16,845 bases of DNA from a virus (IMGVR_UViG_2585427778_000001), one strand, 5' to 3'. Counted from the stretch's first letter, positions 7,721 through 15,893 are shown. Program-made: numbers and translations. The notes: generated from the letters alone by a model not told the origin.

Positions 7721-7921
7721 TCAGGCAGCTTTGTTGTTCTGTTTACCAAGTTCTCTGGCAATCATTGCCGTCGTTCGTATTGCCCATTTATCGACATATT
7801 TCCCATCTTCCATTACAGGAAACATTTCTTCAGGCTTAACCATGTATTCCGATTGCAGCTTGCATCCATTGCATCGCTTGAATTGTCCACACCATTGATT
7901 TTTATCAATAGTCGTAGTCAT
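7721..7921 (-). CDS. ral: Ral, restriction alleviation protein, 66 aa
   Basis: Translation MTTTIDKNQWCGQFKRCNGCKLQSEYMVKPEEMFPVMEDGKYVDKWAIRTTAMIARELGKQNNKAA matches lambda Ral. Confidence 0.95.
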   Translation of the reverse strand: MTTTIDKNQWCGQFKRCNGCKLQSEYMVKPEEMFPVMEDGKYVDKWAIRTTAMIARELGKQNNKAA

Positions 7922-7991
7922 ACGGATAGTCCTGGTATTGTTCCATCACATCCTGAGGATGCTCTTCGAACTCTTCAAATTCTTCTTCCAT
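7905..7991 (-). CDS. Lambda orf28-like acidic peptide, 28 aa
   Basis: Hand translation MEEEFEEFEEHPQDVMEQYQDYPYDYDY; overlaps the ral start in the lambda arrangement. Confidence 0.6.
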   Translation of the reverse strand: MEEEFEEFEEHPQDVMEQYQDYPYDYDY

Positions 7992-8118
7992 ATATCACCT
8001 TAAATAGTGGATAGCGGTAGTAAAGATTGTGCCTGTCTTTTAACCACATCAGGCTCGGTGGTTCTCGTGTACCCCTACAGCGAGAAATCGGATAAACTAT
8101 TACAACCCCTACAGTTTG

Positions 8119-8670
8119 ATGAGTATAGAAATGGATCCACTCGTTATTCTCGGACGAGTGTTCAGTAATGAACCTCTGGAGAGAACCATGTATATGATCG
8201 TTATCTGGGTTGGACTTCTGCTTTTAAGCCCAGATAACTGGCCTGAATATGTTAATGAGAGAATCGGTATTCCTCATGTGTGGCATGTTTTCGTCTTTGC
8301 TCTTGCATTTTCGCTAGCAATTAATGTGCATCGATTATCAGCTATTGCCAGCGCCAGATATAAGCGATTTAAGCTAAGAAAACGCATTAAGATGCAAAAC
8401 GATAAAGTGCGATCAGTAATTCAAAACCTTACAGAAGAGCAATCTATGGTTTTGTGCGCAGCCCTTAATGAAGGCAGGAAGTATGTGGTTACATCAAAAC
8501 AATTCCCATACATTAGTGAGTTGATTGAGCTTGGTGTGTTGAACAAAACTTTTTCCCGATGGAACGGGAAGCATATATTATTCCCTATTGAGGATATTTA
8601 CTGGACTGAATTAGTTGCCAGCTATGATCCATATAATATTGAGATAAAGCCAAGGCCAATATCTAAGTAA
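8119..8670 (+). CDS. sieB: Superinfection exclusion protein SieB (the ORF begins at a TTG at 8116; first ATG at 8119)
   Basis: Plus-strand gene between ral and N and convergent with N, as in lambda; hydrophobic N-terminal region (IVIWVGLLLL, FVFALAFSLAI). Confidence 0.85.
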   Translation: MSIEMDPLVILGRVFSNEPLERTMYMIVIWVGLLLLSPDNWPEYVNERIGIPHVWHVFVFALAFSLAINVHRLSAIASARYKRFKLRKRIKMQNDKVRSVIQNLTEEQSMVLCAALNEGRKYVVTSKQFPYISELIELGVLNKTFSRWNGKHILFPIEDIYWTELVASYDPYNIEIKPRPISK

Positions 8671-8994
8671 CTAAGTAAGAGGAATCGATTTTCCCTTAAT
8701 TTTCTGGCGTCCACTGCATGTTATGCCGCGTTCGCCAGGCTTGCTGTACCATGTGCGCTGATTCTTGCGCTCAATACGTTGCAGGTTGCTTTCAATCTGT
8801 TTGTGGTATTCAGCCAGCACTGTAAGGTCTATCGGATTTAGTGCGCTTTCTACTCGTGATTTCGGTTTGCGATTCAGCGAGAGAATAGGGCGGTTAACTG
8901 GTTTTGCGCTTACCCCAACCAACAGGGGATTTGCTGCTTTCCATTGAGCCTGTTTCTCTGCGCGACGTTCGCGGCGGCGTGTTTGTGCATCCAT
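8671..8994 (-). CDS. N: N transcription antiterminator, 107 aa (the ORF extends upstream to 9126)
   Basis: MDAQTRRRERRAEKQAQWKAANPLLVGVSAKPVNRPILSLNRKPKSRVESALNPIDLTVLAEYHKQIESNLQRIERKNQRTWYSKPGERGITCSGRQKIKGKSIPLT matches lambda N with the arginine-rich motif. Confidence 0.95.
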   Translation of the reverse strand: MDAQTRRRERRAEKQAQWKAANPLLVGVSAKPVNRPILSLNRKPKSRVESALNPIDLTVLAEYHKQIESNLQRIERKNQRTWYSKPGERGITCSGRQKIKGKSIPLT

Positions 8995-9151
8995 CTGGAT
9001 TCTCCTGTCAGTTAGCTTTGGTTGTGTGTGGGAGTCGTAGTCCTGAACGAAAACACCCAGCAATGGCACATTGACAGCTAATCCGGATTCGCACTTCCGG
9101 CCAATGCTTCGTTTCGTATCACACACACCAAAGCCTTCTGCTTTGAATGCT

Positions 9152-9182
9152 GCCCTTCTTCAGGGCTTAATTTTTAAGAGCA
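9152..9182 (-). promoter_or_regulatory. nutL (boxA TGCTCTTAAAAATTAA and boxB hairpin GCCCTGAAGAAGGGC, read on the minus strand)
   Basis: Near-exact match to lambda nutL boxA/boxB, upstream of N. Confidence 0.85.
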
Positions 9183-9222
9183 TCACCTTCATGGTGGTCA
9201 GTGCGTCCTGCTGATGGCCTAA

Positions 9223-9307
9223 AATATACCTACAGGTAAAACAGTTGTCTATACCTGCAGGTAAATAAAATTGATGTAAGAGTTTACCTGCTTGAATTTT
9301 CAGGTAA
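9223..9307 (-). promoter_or_regulatory. pL/oL region of a non-lambda immunity type
   Basis: Candidate pL TAGACA-17bp-TATATT on the minus strand (plus 9246-9251 and 9223-9228), overlapped by palindromic operator-like sites TATACCTACAGGTAAA (9225-9240), TATACCTGCAGGTAAA (9250-9265) and TTACCTG-N10-CAGGTAA (9284-9307). Confidence 0.6.
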
Positions 9308-9323
9308 TTAATTTTTTGGATTG

Positions 9324-9349
9324 ATATAAAAAAGCCCGCTTTGCGGGCT
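9324..9349 (-). terminator. Intrinsic terminator on the minus strand ending the repressor operon
   Basis: Hairpin AGCCCGC-aaa-GCGGGCT followed by TTTTTATATCAA on the minus strand, immediately downstream of the 104-aa gene. Confidence 0.75.
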
Positions 9350-9360
9350 GAAAGGAGATG

Positions 9361-9675
9361 TCAGAAGCTATTTGGATTGCTTGGCCATTGCGGCAATTTT
9401 GATTCTACTGGGGTGTGTTTGGGTTTGAGTCCGTTTAAGTAGTCAAGACGCTCAATGGCGCATTTATACATAGCAATCTGCTCTGATGACATGTCGTCGT
9501 ATGACATGCCTTTGAACTTTTTAATTATCGATTCTGCCTCATGTATAAGATGCTTCTTCTTCATGAGTTCAGCTGTATGCTTAGAGCTTACAGGAGATAA
9601 CTTTGCCCATATGAAGCAGATGATTACAACAGCGACTACTATGCCGGGTATAAACACTTGCTGCTTTATCCTCAA
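9361..9675 (-). CDS. Small membrane-anchored protein (98-104 aa) co-transcribed downstream of cI
   Basis: The ORF begins at a TTG overlapping the cI stop (TTGA); a likelier start is GTG at 9657 with a GAGGA Shine-Dalgarno sequence. One N-terminal hydrophobic helix (FIPGIVVAVVIICFIWA) then a charged helical region. No family recognised. Confidence 0.6.
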   Translation of the reverse strand: MRIKQQVFIPGIVVAVVIICFIWAKLSPVSSKHTAELMKKKHLIHEAESIIKKFKGMSYDDMSSEQIAMYKCAIERLDYLNGLKPKHTPVESKLPQWPSNPNSF

Positions 9676-10358
9676 ACTTTTGGCAGATCGTCCTGGTCTA
9701 CGTACCTGGTGTGTTTCACAATAGCTGAAACAAAATGCATTTTATCAACTTCTTCAACAGGAAGAGTGATTGGGCGGTGATCACTGTTTATGCTACTAAA
9801 CTGATAATCACCGTCTCTTGTTTTGTTCATGATCTTTATCATGTTGTGACCGTCTTTGGTCCTTACAAAGACTTCATCACCTGGATGTACTGGCGTATTT
9901 GGTTCAATAACAACATATTCTCCTGACTGAATCCTTGGCCACATGCTGTCACCCTTAACCTTCAGACCGTAAGCATCGTTATCGCCGCTGTAGATGCTTA
10001 ACCAACCGGATCTGAATTCAATCATATCCACTGAGCCATCAACTCCCAAAACGGCTTCACCAATTACCGGAACAAAACCCGCACGAACGTTACCCGCAAA
10101 CTCAAGATGGTCTGTAGCTCCAGCTTTACCATCTGCAAGCATGTCCATCCATCCGCGTGGGAGATTAAAAGATTTTTCAATTAGTTCCATCATATCGTCA
10201 GCAATGCGTTTTTTTCCGCTTTTTCCTTCCGGATACAGCATTCTGGAAACGTATGATGGTTCCCTTTCTATTCGACGAGCCAACTCTGAGGCCTTTCCAT
10301 TACAGAATCGGTCTCTTATCTCTATCAGCCTTAGTCGTCTTTGTTCGTATTTATCCAT
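9672..10358 (-). CDS. cI: CI-type prophage repressor (HTH plus LexA-like S24 autopeptidase domain), 228 aa, not lambda cI
   Basis: N-terminal HTH (ASELARRIEREPSYVSRML), a candidate Ala-Gly cleavage site (EFAGNV) and C-terminal GDSMWP...K serine/lysine dyad motifs; divergent from cro across an operator region. Confidence 0.85.
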   Translation of the reverse strand: MDKYEQRRLRLIEIRDRFCNGKASELARRIEREPSYVSRMLYPEGKSGKKRIADDMMELIEKSFNLPRGWMDMLADGKAGATDHLEFAGNVRAGFVPVIGEAVLGVDGSVDMIEFRSGWLSIYSGDNDAYGLKVKGDSMWPRIQSGEYVVIEPNTPVHPGDEVFVRTKDGHNMIKIMNKTRDGDYQFSSINSDHRPITLPVEEVDKMHFVSAIVKHTRYVDQDDLPKV

Positions 10359-10377
10359 GATTTAATTCTATCTTTGA

Positions 10378-10434
10378 TTACCTGCCGGTAAATAACCTAT
10401 GGGTATTGATTTGCTTTTTACCTACAGGTAAACT
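10378..10434. promoter_or_regulatory. oR/pR/pRM region with three operator-like sites
   Basis: TTACCTGCCGGTAAA (10378-10392), TAACCTATGGGTATT (about 10394-10408) and TTACCTACAGGTAA (10418-10431); candidate pR TTGATT (10406-10411) -17bp- TAAACT (10429-10434) upstream of cro. Confidence 0.6.
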
Positions 10435-10466
10435 CATCTTATTCAACAACGGGAAGGAGATAGCAA

Positions 10467-10697
10467 ATGGAAGAACTCCGCTTGTATCTGAACTCCCTTT
10501 CACTGGAAGAGCAGAGAGAATTTGCCACCAAGTGCGGAACTTCTATCGGCTATTTGAGGAAAGCACTTAGCCGTAATCATGAATTGGGCGCAGCACTTTG
10601 TGTTCTGATTGAGAAGTTCAGCAATGGTGAAGTGACTCGCAAAGACCTTCATCCGGTTGATTGGGAAAGCATCTGGCCTGAATTAATGGCCGCTTAA
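10467..10697 (+). CDS. cro: Cro-like HTH regulator, 76 aa
   Basis: First rightward gene after oR, strong GGAAGGAGA Shine-Dalgarno sequence, HTH-like segment ATKCGTSIGYLRKAL. Confidence 0.7.
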   Translation: MEELRLYLNSLSLEEQREFATKCGTSIGYLRKALSRNHELGAALCVLIEKFSNGEVTRKDLHPVDWESIWPELMAA

Positions 10698-10705
10698 GTT
10701 ATTAA

Positions 10706-10737
10706 CGCTCTTACACATCCCCGCCCTGAAAAAGGGC
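10706..10737 (+). promoter_or_regulatory. nutR (boxA CGCTCTTA, boxB GCCCTGAAAAAGGGC)
   Basis: Match to lambda nutR between cro and cII. Confidence 0.85.
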
Positions 10738-10763
10738 ATTACCAGAAACAAATCTCTATGGTT

Positions 10764-10777
10764 TTGCGTTTCTTTGC
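10764..10777 (-). promoter_or_regulatory. CII-binding repeat TTGC-N6-TTGC (pRE-like) upstream of cII
   Basis: TTGCgtttctTTGC in the cro-cII intergenic region, analogous to lambda pRE. Confidence 0.5.
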
Positions 10778-10813
10778 GAAGCCAACTCTATCTAATCATT
10801 AAGGAAATTATCT

Positions 10814-11095
10814 ATGAGTACTATTGCAACTAAAAGCAAGAAAGCGGCTCGCATCGAGTCAGCCTTGCTGAACAAACTGGCACTGATGGGGCAGAAGACA
10901 TTCGCTCGAGCAATGGGGGTTCCTGAATATCAGGTAAGCCGATGGAAGAATGGTTTCTTCTCGCAGGTAAGCATGATGCTGGCTGTTCTGGAATACGGAA
11001 TCGAAGACGATGAAATGGCTGAGCTGACTAAGCGGCTTGCCAATTACCTGACAAAAGAAAAAGCCCCGAAGAACGGCGAATTCTTCGAGGCCTGA
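10814..11095 (+). CDS. cII: CII-like transcriptional activator, 93 aa
   Basis: Similarity to lambda CII (RIESALLNKLA...SRWK...MLAVLEYG...DDEMAEL) and lambda position before O. Confidence 0.85.
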   Translation: MSTIATKSKKAARIESALLNKLALMGQKTFARAMGVPEYQVSRWKNGFFSQVSMMLAVLEYGIEDDEMAELTKRLANYLTKEKAPKNGEFFEA

Positions 11096-11129
11096 TGTAG
11101 AAAGACTGGATCAATCCACAGGAGTCATT

Positions 11130-12029
11130 ATGACAAATACAGCAAAAATACTCAACTTCGGCAGAGGTAACTTTGCCGGACAGGAGCGTAATGTGGCAGA
11201 TCTCGATGATGGTTACGCCAGACTATCAAATATGCTGCTTGAGGCTTATTCGGGCGCAGATCTGACCAAGCGACAGTTTAAAGTGCTGCTTGCCATTCTG
11301 CGTAAAACCTATGGGTGGAATAAACCAATGGACAGAATCACCGATTCTCAACTTAGCGAGATTACAAAGTTACCTGTCAAACGGTGCAATGAAGCCAAGT
11401 TAGAACTCGTCAGAATGAATATTATCAAGCAGCAAGGCGGCATGTTTGGACCAAACAAAAACATCTCAGAATGGTGCATCCCTCAAAACGAGGGAAAATC
11501 CCCTAAAACGAGGGATAAAACATCCCTCAAATTGGGGGATTGCTATCCCTCAAAACAGGGGGACACAAAAGACACTATTACAAAAGAAAAAAGAAAAGAT
11601 TATTCGTCCGAGAATTCTGGCGAATCCTCTGACCAGCCAGAAAACGATCTTTCTGTGGTTAAACCGGATGCTGCAATTCAGAGCGGCAGTAAGTGGGGAA
11701 CAGCAGAAGACCTGACCGCCGCAGAGTGGATGTTTGACATGGTGAAGACCATCGCGCCATCAGCCAGAAAACCGAATTTTGCTGGGTGGGCTAACGATAT
11801 CCGCCTGATGCGTGAACGTGACGGACGTAACCACCGCGATATGTGTGTGCTTTTCCGCTGGGCCTGCCAGGACAACTTCTGGTCCGGTAACGTGCTGAGT
11901 CCGGCCAAACTCCGCGACAAGTGGACCCAGCTCGAAATCAACCGTAACAAGCAACAGGCTGGCGTGACAGCCGGAAAACCAAAACTCGACCTGACAAACA
12001 CTGACTGGATTTACGGGGTGGATCTATGA
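11130..12029 (+). CDS. O: Replication initiator O, 299 aa
   Basis: Translation matches lambda O; contains the ori iterons internally. Confidence 0.97.
   Translation: MTNTAKILNFGRGNFAGQERNVADLDDGYARLSNMLLEAYSGADLTKRQFKVLLAILRKTYGWNKPMDRITDSQLSEITKLPVKRCNEAKLELVRMNIIKQQGGMFGPNKNISEWCIPQNEGKSPKTRDKTSLKLGDCYPSKQGDTKDTITKEKRKDYSSENSGESSDQPENDLSVVKPDAAIQSGSKWGTAEDLTAAEWMFDMVKTIAPSARKPNFAGWANDIRLMRERDGRNHRDMCVLFRWACQDNFWSGNVLSPAKLRDKWTQLEINRNKQQAGVTAGKPKLDLTNTDWIYGVDL
11478..11610. repeat. ori-lambda: four about 18-bp iterons (TCCCTCAAAACGAGGGA-like) followed by an A/T-rich unwinding region, inside O
   Basis: Four direct repeats with internal dyad symmetry at about 11478-11563, then an A-rich stretch 11564-11610. 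Confidence 0.9.
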
Positions 12030-12727
12030 AAAACATCGCCGCACAGATGGTTAACTTTGACCGTGAGCAGATGCGTCGGATCGCCAACAACATGCCGGAA
12101 CAGTACGACAAAAAGCCACAGGTACAGCAGGTAGCGCAGATCATCAACGGTGTGTTCAGCCAGTTACTGGCAACTTTCCCGGCGAGTCTGGCTAACCGTG
12201 ACCAGAACGAACTGAACGAAATCCGCCGCCAGTGGGTTCTGGCTTTCCGGGAAAACGGGATCACCACAATGGAACAGGTTAACGCAGGAATGCGCGTAGC
12301 CCGTCGGCAGAATCGACCATTTCTGCCATCACCCGGGCAGTTTGTTGCATGGTGCCGGGAAGAAGCATCCGTTATCGCCGGACTGCCAAACGTCAGCGAG
12401 CTGGTTGATATGGTTTACGAGTATTGCCGGAAGCGAGGCCTGTATCCGGATGCGGAGTCTTATCCGTGGAAATCAAACGCGCACTACTGGCTGGTTACCA
12501 ACCTGTATCAGAACATGCGGGCCAATGCGCTTACTGATGCGGAATTACGGCGCAAGGCTGCCGATGAACTGACCTGTATGACAGCGCGAATTAACCGTGG
12601 TGAGACGATACCTGAACCAGTAAAACAACTTCCTGTTATGGGCGGTAGACCTCTAAATCGTGCACAGGCTCTGGCGAAGATCGCAGAAATTAAAGCTAAG
12701 TTCGGACTGAAAGGAGCAAGTGTATGA
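12026..12727 (+). CDS. P: Replication protein P (DnaB helicase loader), 233 aa
   Basis: Translation matches lambda P; start overlaps the O stop. Confidence 0.95.
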   Translation: MKNIAAQMVNFDREQMRRIANNMPEQYDKKPQVQQVAQIINGVFSQLLATFPASLANRDQNELNEIRRQWVLAFRENGITTMEQVNAGMRVARRQNRPFLPSPGQFVAWCREEASVIAGLPNVSELVDMVYEYCRKRGLYPDAESYPWKSNAHYWLVTNLYQNMRANALTDAELRRKAADELTCMTARINRGETIPEPVKQLPVMGGRPLNRAQALAKIAEIKAKFGLKGASV

Positions 12728-13014
12728 CGGGCAAAGAGGCAATTATTCATTACCTGGGGACGCATAATAGCTTCTGTGCGCCGGACGTTGCCGCGCTAAC
12801 AGGCGCAACAGTAACCAGCATAAATCAGGCCGCGGCTAAAATGGCACGGGCAGGTCTTCTGGTTATCGAAGGTAAGGTCTGGCGAACGGTGTATTACCGG
12901 TTTGCTACCAGGGAAGAACGGGAAGGAAAGATGAGCACGAACCTGATTTTTAAGGAGTGTCGCCAGAGTGCCGCGATGAAACGGGTATTGGCGGTATATG
13001 GAGTTAAAAGATGA
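12724..13014 (+). CDS. ren: Ren, 96 aa
   Basis: Size, position and overlap with the P stop as in lambda. Confidence 0.85.
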   Translation: MTGKEAIIHYLGTHNSFCAPDVAALTGATVTSINQAAAKMARAGLLVIEGKVWRTVYYRFATREEREGKMSTNLIFKECRQSAAMKRVLAVYGVKR

Positions 13015-13039
13015 CCATCTACATTACTGAGCTAATAAC

Positions 13040-13070
13040 AGGCCTGCTGGTAATCGCAGGCCTTTTTATT
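13040..13070 (+). terminator. tR2-like intrinsic terminator between ren and ninB
   Basis: 8-bp stem AGGCCTGC-tggtaatc-GCAGGCCT followed by TTTTTATTT. Confidence 0.8.
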
Positions 13071-13087
13071 TGGGGGAGAGGGAAGTC

Positions 13088-13528
13088 ATGAAAAAACTAA
13101 CCTTTGAAATTCGATCTCCAGCACATCAGCAAAACGCTATTCACGCAGTACAGCAAATCCTTCCAGACCCAACCAAACCAATCGTAGTAACCATTCAGGA
13201 ACGCAACCGCAGCTTAGACCAAAACAGGAAGCTATGGGCCTGCTTAGGTGACGTCTCTCGTCAGGTTGAATGGCACGGTCGCTGGCTGGATGCAGAAAGC
13301 TGGAAGTGTGTGTTTACCGCAGCATTAAAGCAGCAGGATGTTGTTCCTAACCTTGCCGGGAATGGCTTTGTGGTAATAGGCCAGTCAACCAGCAGGATGC
13401 GTGTAGGCGAATTTGCGGAGCTATTAGAGCTTATACAGGCATTCGGTACAGAGCGTGGCGTTAAGTGGTCAGACGAAGCGAGACTGGCTCTGGAGTGGAA
13501 AGCGAGATGGGGAGATCGGGCTGCATGA
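13088..13528 (+). CDS. ninB: NinB (Orf family recombination mediator), 146 aa
   Basis: Matches lambda NinB starting MKKLTFEIRSPAHQQNAIHAVQQILPDPTKPIVV... Confidence 0.9.
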   Translation: MKKLTFEIRSPAHQQNAIHAVQQILPDPTKPIVVTIQERNRSLDQNRKLWACLGDVSRQVEWHGRWLDAESWKCVFTAALKQQDVVPNLAGNGFVVIGQSTSRMRVGEFAELLELIQAFGTERGVKWSDEARLALEWKARWGDRAA

Positions 13529-14052
13529 CTATCAAATCAAATACGCCAGCACACGACAAGGACTGCTGGCAAACGCCGCTTTGGCTTTTTGATGCACTGG
13601 ATATTGAGTTTGGATTCTGGCTGGATTCGGCAGCGAGCGACAAAAATGCTCTGTGTGCTCACTGGCTAACTGAGGCCGACGACGCGCTCAATTCTGAGTG
13701 GGTAAGCCACGGTGCAATCTGGAATAACCCACCGTACAGCAATATCAGGCCGTGGGTGGAAAAAGCTGCTGAGCAGTGCATACAACAGCGACAGACGGTA
13801 GTTATGCTTGTGCCAGAGGATATGTCAGTCGGATGGTTCAGCAAGGCTCTGGAGAGTGTCGACGAAGTTCGCATTATCACTGATGGACGGATTAATTTTA
13901 TCGAACCATCGACAGGGCTGGAGAAGAAGGGAAACAGCAAAGGCTCCATGCTGCTGATTTGGCGACCGTTCATCAGTCCTCGACGGATGTTTACTACCGT
14001 ATCCAAAGCGGCATTGATGGCGATCGGGCAGGGCGTCAGGAGGGCGGCATGA
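13525..14052 (+). CDS. Phage orphan DNA N6-adenine methyltransferase (Dam-like), about 175 aa, in the position of lambda ninC
   Basis: NPPY catalytic motif (WNNPPYS) and the DKDCWQTP N-terminal motif typical of phage N6-adenine methyltransferases; ATG overlaps the ninB stop (ATGA). Confidence 0.8.
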   Translation: MTIKSNTPAHDKDCWQTPLWLFDALDIEFGFWLDSAASDKNALCAHWLTEADDALNSEWVSHGAIWNNPPYSNIRPWVEKAAEQCIQQRQTVVMLVPEDMSVGWFSKALESVDEVRIITDGRINFIEPSTGLEKKGNSKGSMLLIWRPFISPRRMFTTVSKAALMAIGQGVRRAA

Positions 14053-14225
14053 GGCGACAGCGACGAAGTTTCACCGACATCATCTGCGAAAACTGCAAAT
14101 ACCTTCCAACGAAACGCTCCAGAAATAAACGCAAGCCAATCCCAAAAGAATCTGACGTAAAAACCTTCAATTACACAGCTCACCTGTGGGATATCCGGTG
14201 GCTAAGATATCGTGCGAGGAAATGA
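14049..14225 (+). CDS. ninE: NinE, 58 aa
   Basis: [58 protein letters not shown] resembles NinE; start overlaps the methyltransferase stop. Confidence 0.8.
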   Translation: MRRQRRSFTDIICENCKYLPTKRSRNKRKPIPKESDVKTFNYTAHLWDIRWLRYRARK

Positions 14226-14569
14226 CAATGGATTATTCACAGTTAAGTGATTTTGAAATTAACAGAATGGTAGGAGACATAATTTTTAAAGGCCTTTGGG
14301 CAAGTAAACCGGAAACATCAGGGAATAACACCAACAAATGGTATTACGGAAATGCTGATACAACTTTTGAGCCATTAAATCATTTGCCTGACTACTGCAA
14401 TGATCCGAGCGCTTCATGGCCGATTATTGAGAAATACAGGATTTCTATCTTAGACCAGTTAACTGAATGGTGTGTGGATGCAAAAGGCGTAAGCCCAATA
14501 TTTGATACCAGACCTCTCCGCGCCGCCATGATTGTCTTTCTCCTGATGCAGGAGGCCAATAATGCTTAG
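14222..14569 (+). CDS. Hypothetical nin-region protein, about 115 aa
   Basis: ORF with ATG overlapping the ninE stop (ATGA); compositionally protein-like. Family not recognised with certainty. Confidence 0.5.
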   Translation: MTMDYSQLSDFEINRMVGDIIFKGLWASKPETSGNNTNKWYYGNADTTFEPLNHLPDYCNDPSASWPIIEKYRISILDQLTEWCVDAKGVSPIFDTRPLRAAMIVFLLMQEANNA

Positions 14570-14650
14570 CCCATCTCAATCCCTTCAATACCTGAAAGGA
14601 AGCATAGAGCGGGCTTCAATGTGCACAGAGTGGATTCTATCTAGGTTTAG

Positions 14651-14779
14651 CGCATACAGAAGATTGCCGGTAAAGGGCATGCCAAGCAAGTCGATGCTGC
14701 ATATGCAAAAGAATGCGCGCTGGAAGGTATGGCGAGAACACAGGTTATCTGGCTGAAAGAGGGGGTTATTAAGGCGTGA
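14651..14779 (+). pseudogene. Possible 3' remnant of a ybcO-like (DUF1364) gene with no start codon
   Basis: The frame ending in a GTGA overlap with the rusA start translates as ...[42 protein letters not shown] but is closed by stop codons at 14642 and 14648 with no upstream ATG. Resemblance to the YbcO C-terminus is from memory only. Confidence 0.3.
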
Positions 14780-15138
14780 ATACCTACAGCATCACATTAC
14801 CCTGGCCTCCGAGCAATAATCGCTATTACCGCCATAATCGCGGGCGCACGCACGTCAGCGCAGAGGGGCAGGCATACCGCGATAACGTCGCCCGAATCAT
14901 TAAAAACGCAATGCTGGATATCGGCCTGACTATGCCTGTGAAAATCCGCATTGAGTGCCACATGCCGGATCGCCGTCGCCGTGACCTGGATAATCTGCAA
15001 AAAGCCGCTTTTGACGCACTCACTAAAGCAGGTTTCTGGCTGGATGATGCTCAGGTCGTTGATTACCGCGTTGTGAAGATGCCTGTTACCAAAGGTGGGA
15101 GGCTGGAACTGACCATCACCGAAATGGGGAATGAATGA
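14776..15138 (+). CDS. rusA: RusA Holliday junction resolvase, 120 aa (GTG start)
   Basis: Translation [51 protein letters not shown]...[12 protein letters not shown] matches E. coli DLP12 RusA as recalled. Confidence 0.95.
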   Translation: MNTYSITLPWPPSNNRYYRHNRGRTHVSAEGQAYRDNVARIIKNAMLDIGLTMPVKIRIECHMPDRRRRDLDNLQKAAFDALTKAGFWLDDAQVVDYRVVKMPVTKGGRLELTITEMGNE

Positions 15139-15275
15139 TGTTTGAGTTTAATATGGCAGAACTTCTTCGCCACCGCTGGGGGCGTCTGCGCTTATATCGT
15201 TTCCCCGGTTCTGTTTTGACCGATTACCGAATACTGAAGAATTACGCCAAAACACTGACAGGAGCAGGAGTATGA
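15135..15275 (+). CDS. ylcG: YlcG-like small protein, 46 aa
   Basis: Hand translation [46 protein letters not shown]; ATG overlaps the rusA stop; same gene order as DLP12 (rusA-ylcG-quuD). Confidence 0.6.
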   Translation: MMFEFNMAELLRHRWGRLRLYRFPGSVLTDYRILKNYAKTLTGAGV

Positions 15276-15360
15276 AGTCAGAGATAACAATCAACTAATA
15301 CTGTTTTGTTGATTTTTGCTTGTAATTGGCGTTCTGGTCTGAGTTTTGTGGAGTAAGTTG

Positions 15361-15738
15361 ATGCGTGATATTCAGATGGTTCTTGAGCGTTGGGGAGCGT
15401 GGGCGGCTAATAATCATGAAGATGTGACCTGGTCGTCCATTGCCGCCGGTTTTAAGGGATTAATTCCTTCAAAAGTAAAATCTCGCCCACAATGTTGTGA
15501 CGATGACGCGATGATCATTTGCGGGTGCATGGCCCGTCTGAAAAAGAACAACAGCGATTTGCATGATTTATTGGTGGACTATTATGTCGGCGGCATGACT
15601 TTTATGGCGCTTGCACGTAAGCATGGGCGATCTGATTGTTGGGTTGGCAGGATGCTTCAGAAAGCTGAGGGCGTAGTGGAGGGGATGCTGATGGTGTTGG
15701 ATCTCCGATTGGAGATGGATGCTGATTGTTCGAAATAA
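15361..15738 (+). CDS. Q: Q82/QuuD-type late antiterminator (about 125 aa from ATG 15361; the ORF begins at a TTG at 15346)
   Basis: [76 protein letters not shown]... resembles the DLP12 QuuD / phage 82 Q family, not lambda Q. Confidence 0.85.
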   Translation: MRDIQMVLERWGAWAANNHEDVTWSSIAAGFKGLIPSKVKSRPQCCDDDAMIICGCMARLKKNNSDLHDLLVDYYVGGMTFMALARKHGRSDCWVGRMLQKAEGVVEGMLMVLDLRLEMDADCSK

Positions 15739-15744
15739 TTAAAG

Positions 15745-15790
15745 GAAAAGTTGCTGTCTGATTGTCATTAGTCTAACATTTTAAATGTTG
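15745..15790 (+). promoter_or_regulatory. Candidate late promoter pR' downstream of Q
   Basis: Candidate TTGCTG (15751-15756) -17bp- TAACAT (15774-15779), placed by analogy; it would give a short leader ending at the downstream terminator. Confidence 0.35.
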
Positions 15791-15837
15791 GAATCGCAAC
15801 GTAGTTATTATCATATAACAGCTTGTTTCCTGATTTA

Positions 15838-15866
15838 GCCAGCCTCCCCAAAGGCTGGTCTTTTTC
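15838..15866 (+). terminator. tR'-like intrinsic terminator of the short late leader transcript
   Basis: Stem GCCAGCCT-ccccaa-AGGCTGGT followed by CTTTTT. Confidence 0.75.
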
Positions 15867-15893
15867 TAATAAGTATTATTTCGGGTAGGGATT

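Noticed and set aside
11478-11563. Direct repeats that could be mistaken for a CRISPR array or novel repeat element
   Set aside because: They are the four ori-lambda iterons inside the O gene, with a characteristic A/T-rich flank; there are no spacers or cas genes.
11446-12267. ORFs inside or antisense to O and P (11446-11715, 11678-12001, 11760-11954, 11938-12267), and 12342-12572 / 12508-12765 inside P
   Set aside because: They overlap the O and P coding sequences, which match lambda; no independent support.
13659-14183. 174-aa minus-strand ORF antisense to the methyltransferase and ninE
   Set aside because: Antisense to two tightly coupled rightward genes; Ser/Ala-rich low-complexity translation.
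14562-14756. 64-aa plus-strand ORF between the nin-region protein and rusA
   Set aside because: Non-protein-like composition and no Shine-Dalgarno sequence; the region looks more like a degraded junction, which is reported as a finding instead.
14797-15023. Minus-strand ORFs antisense to rusA
   Set aside because: Antisense to rusA, which is well supported; Arg-rich out-of-frame composition.
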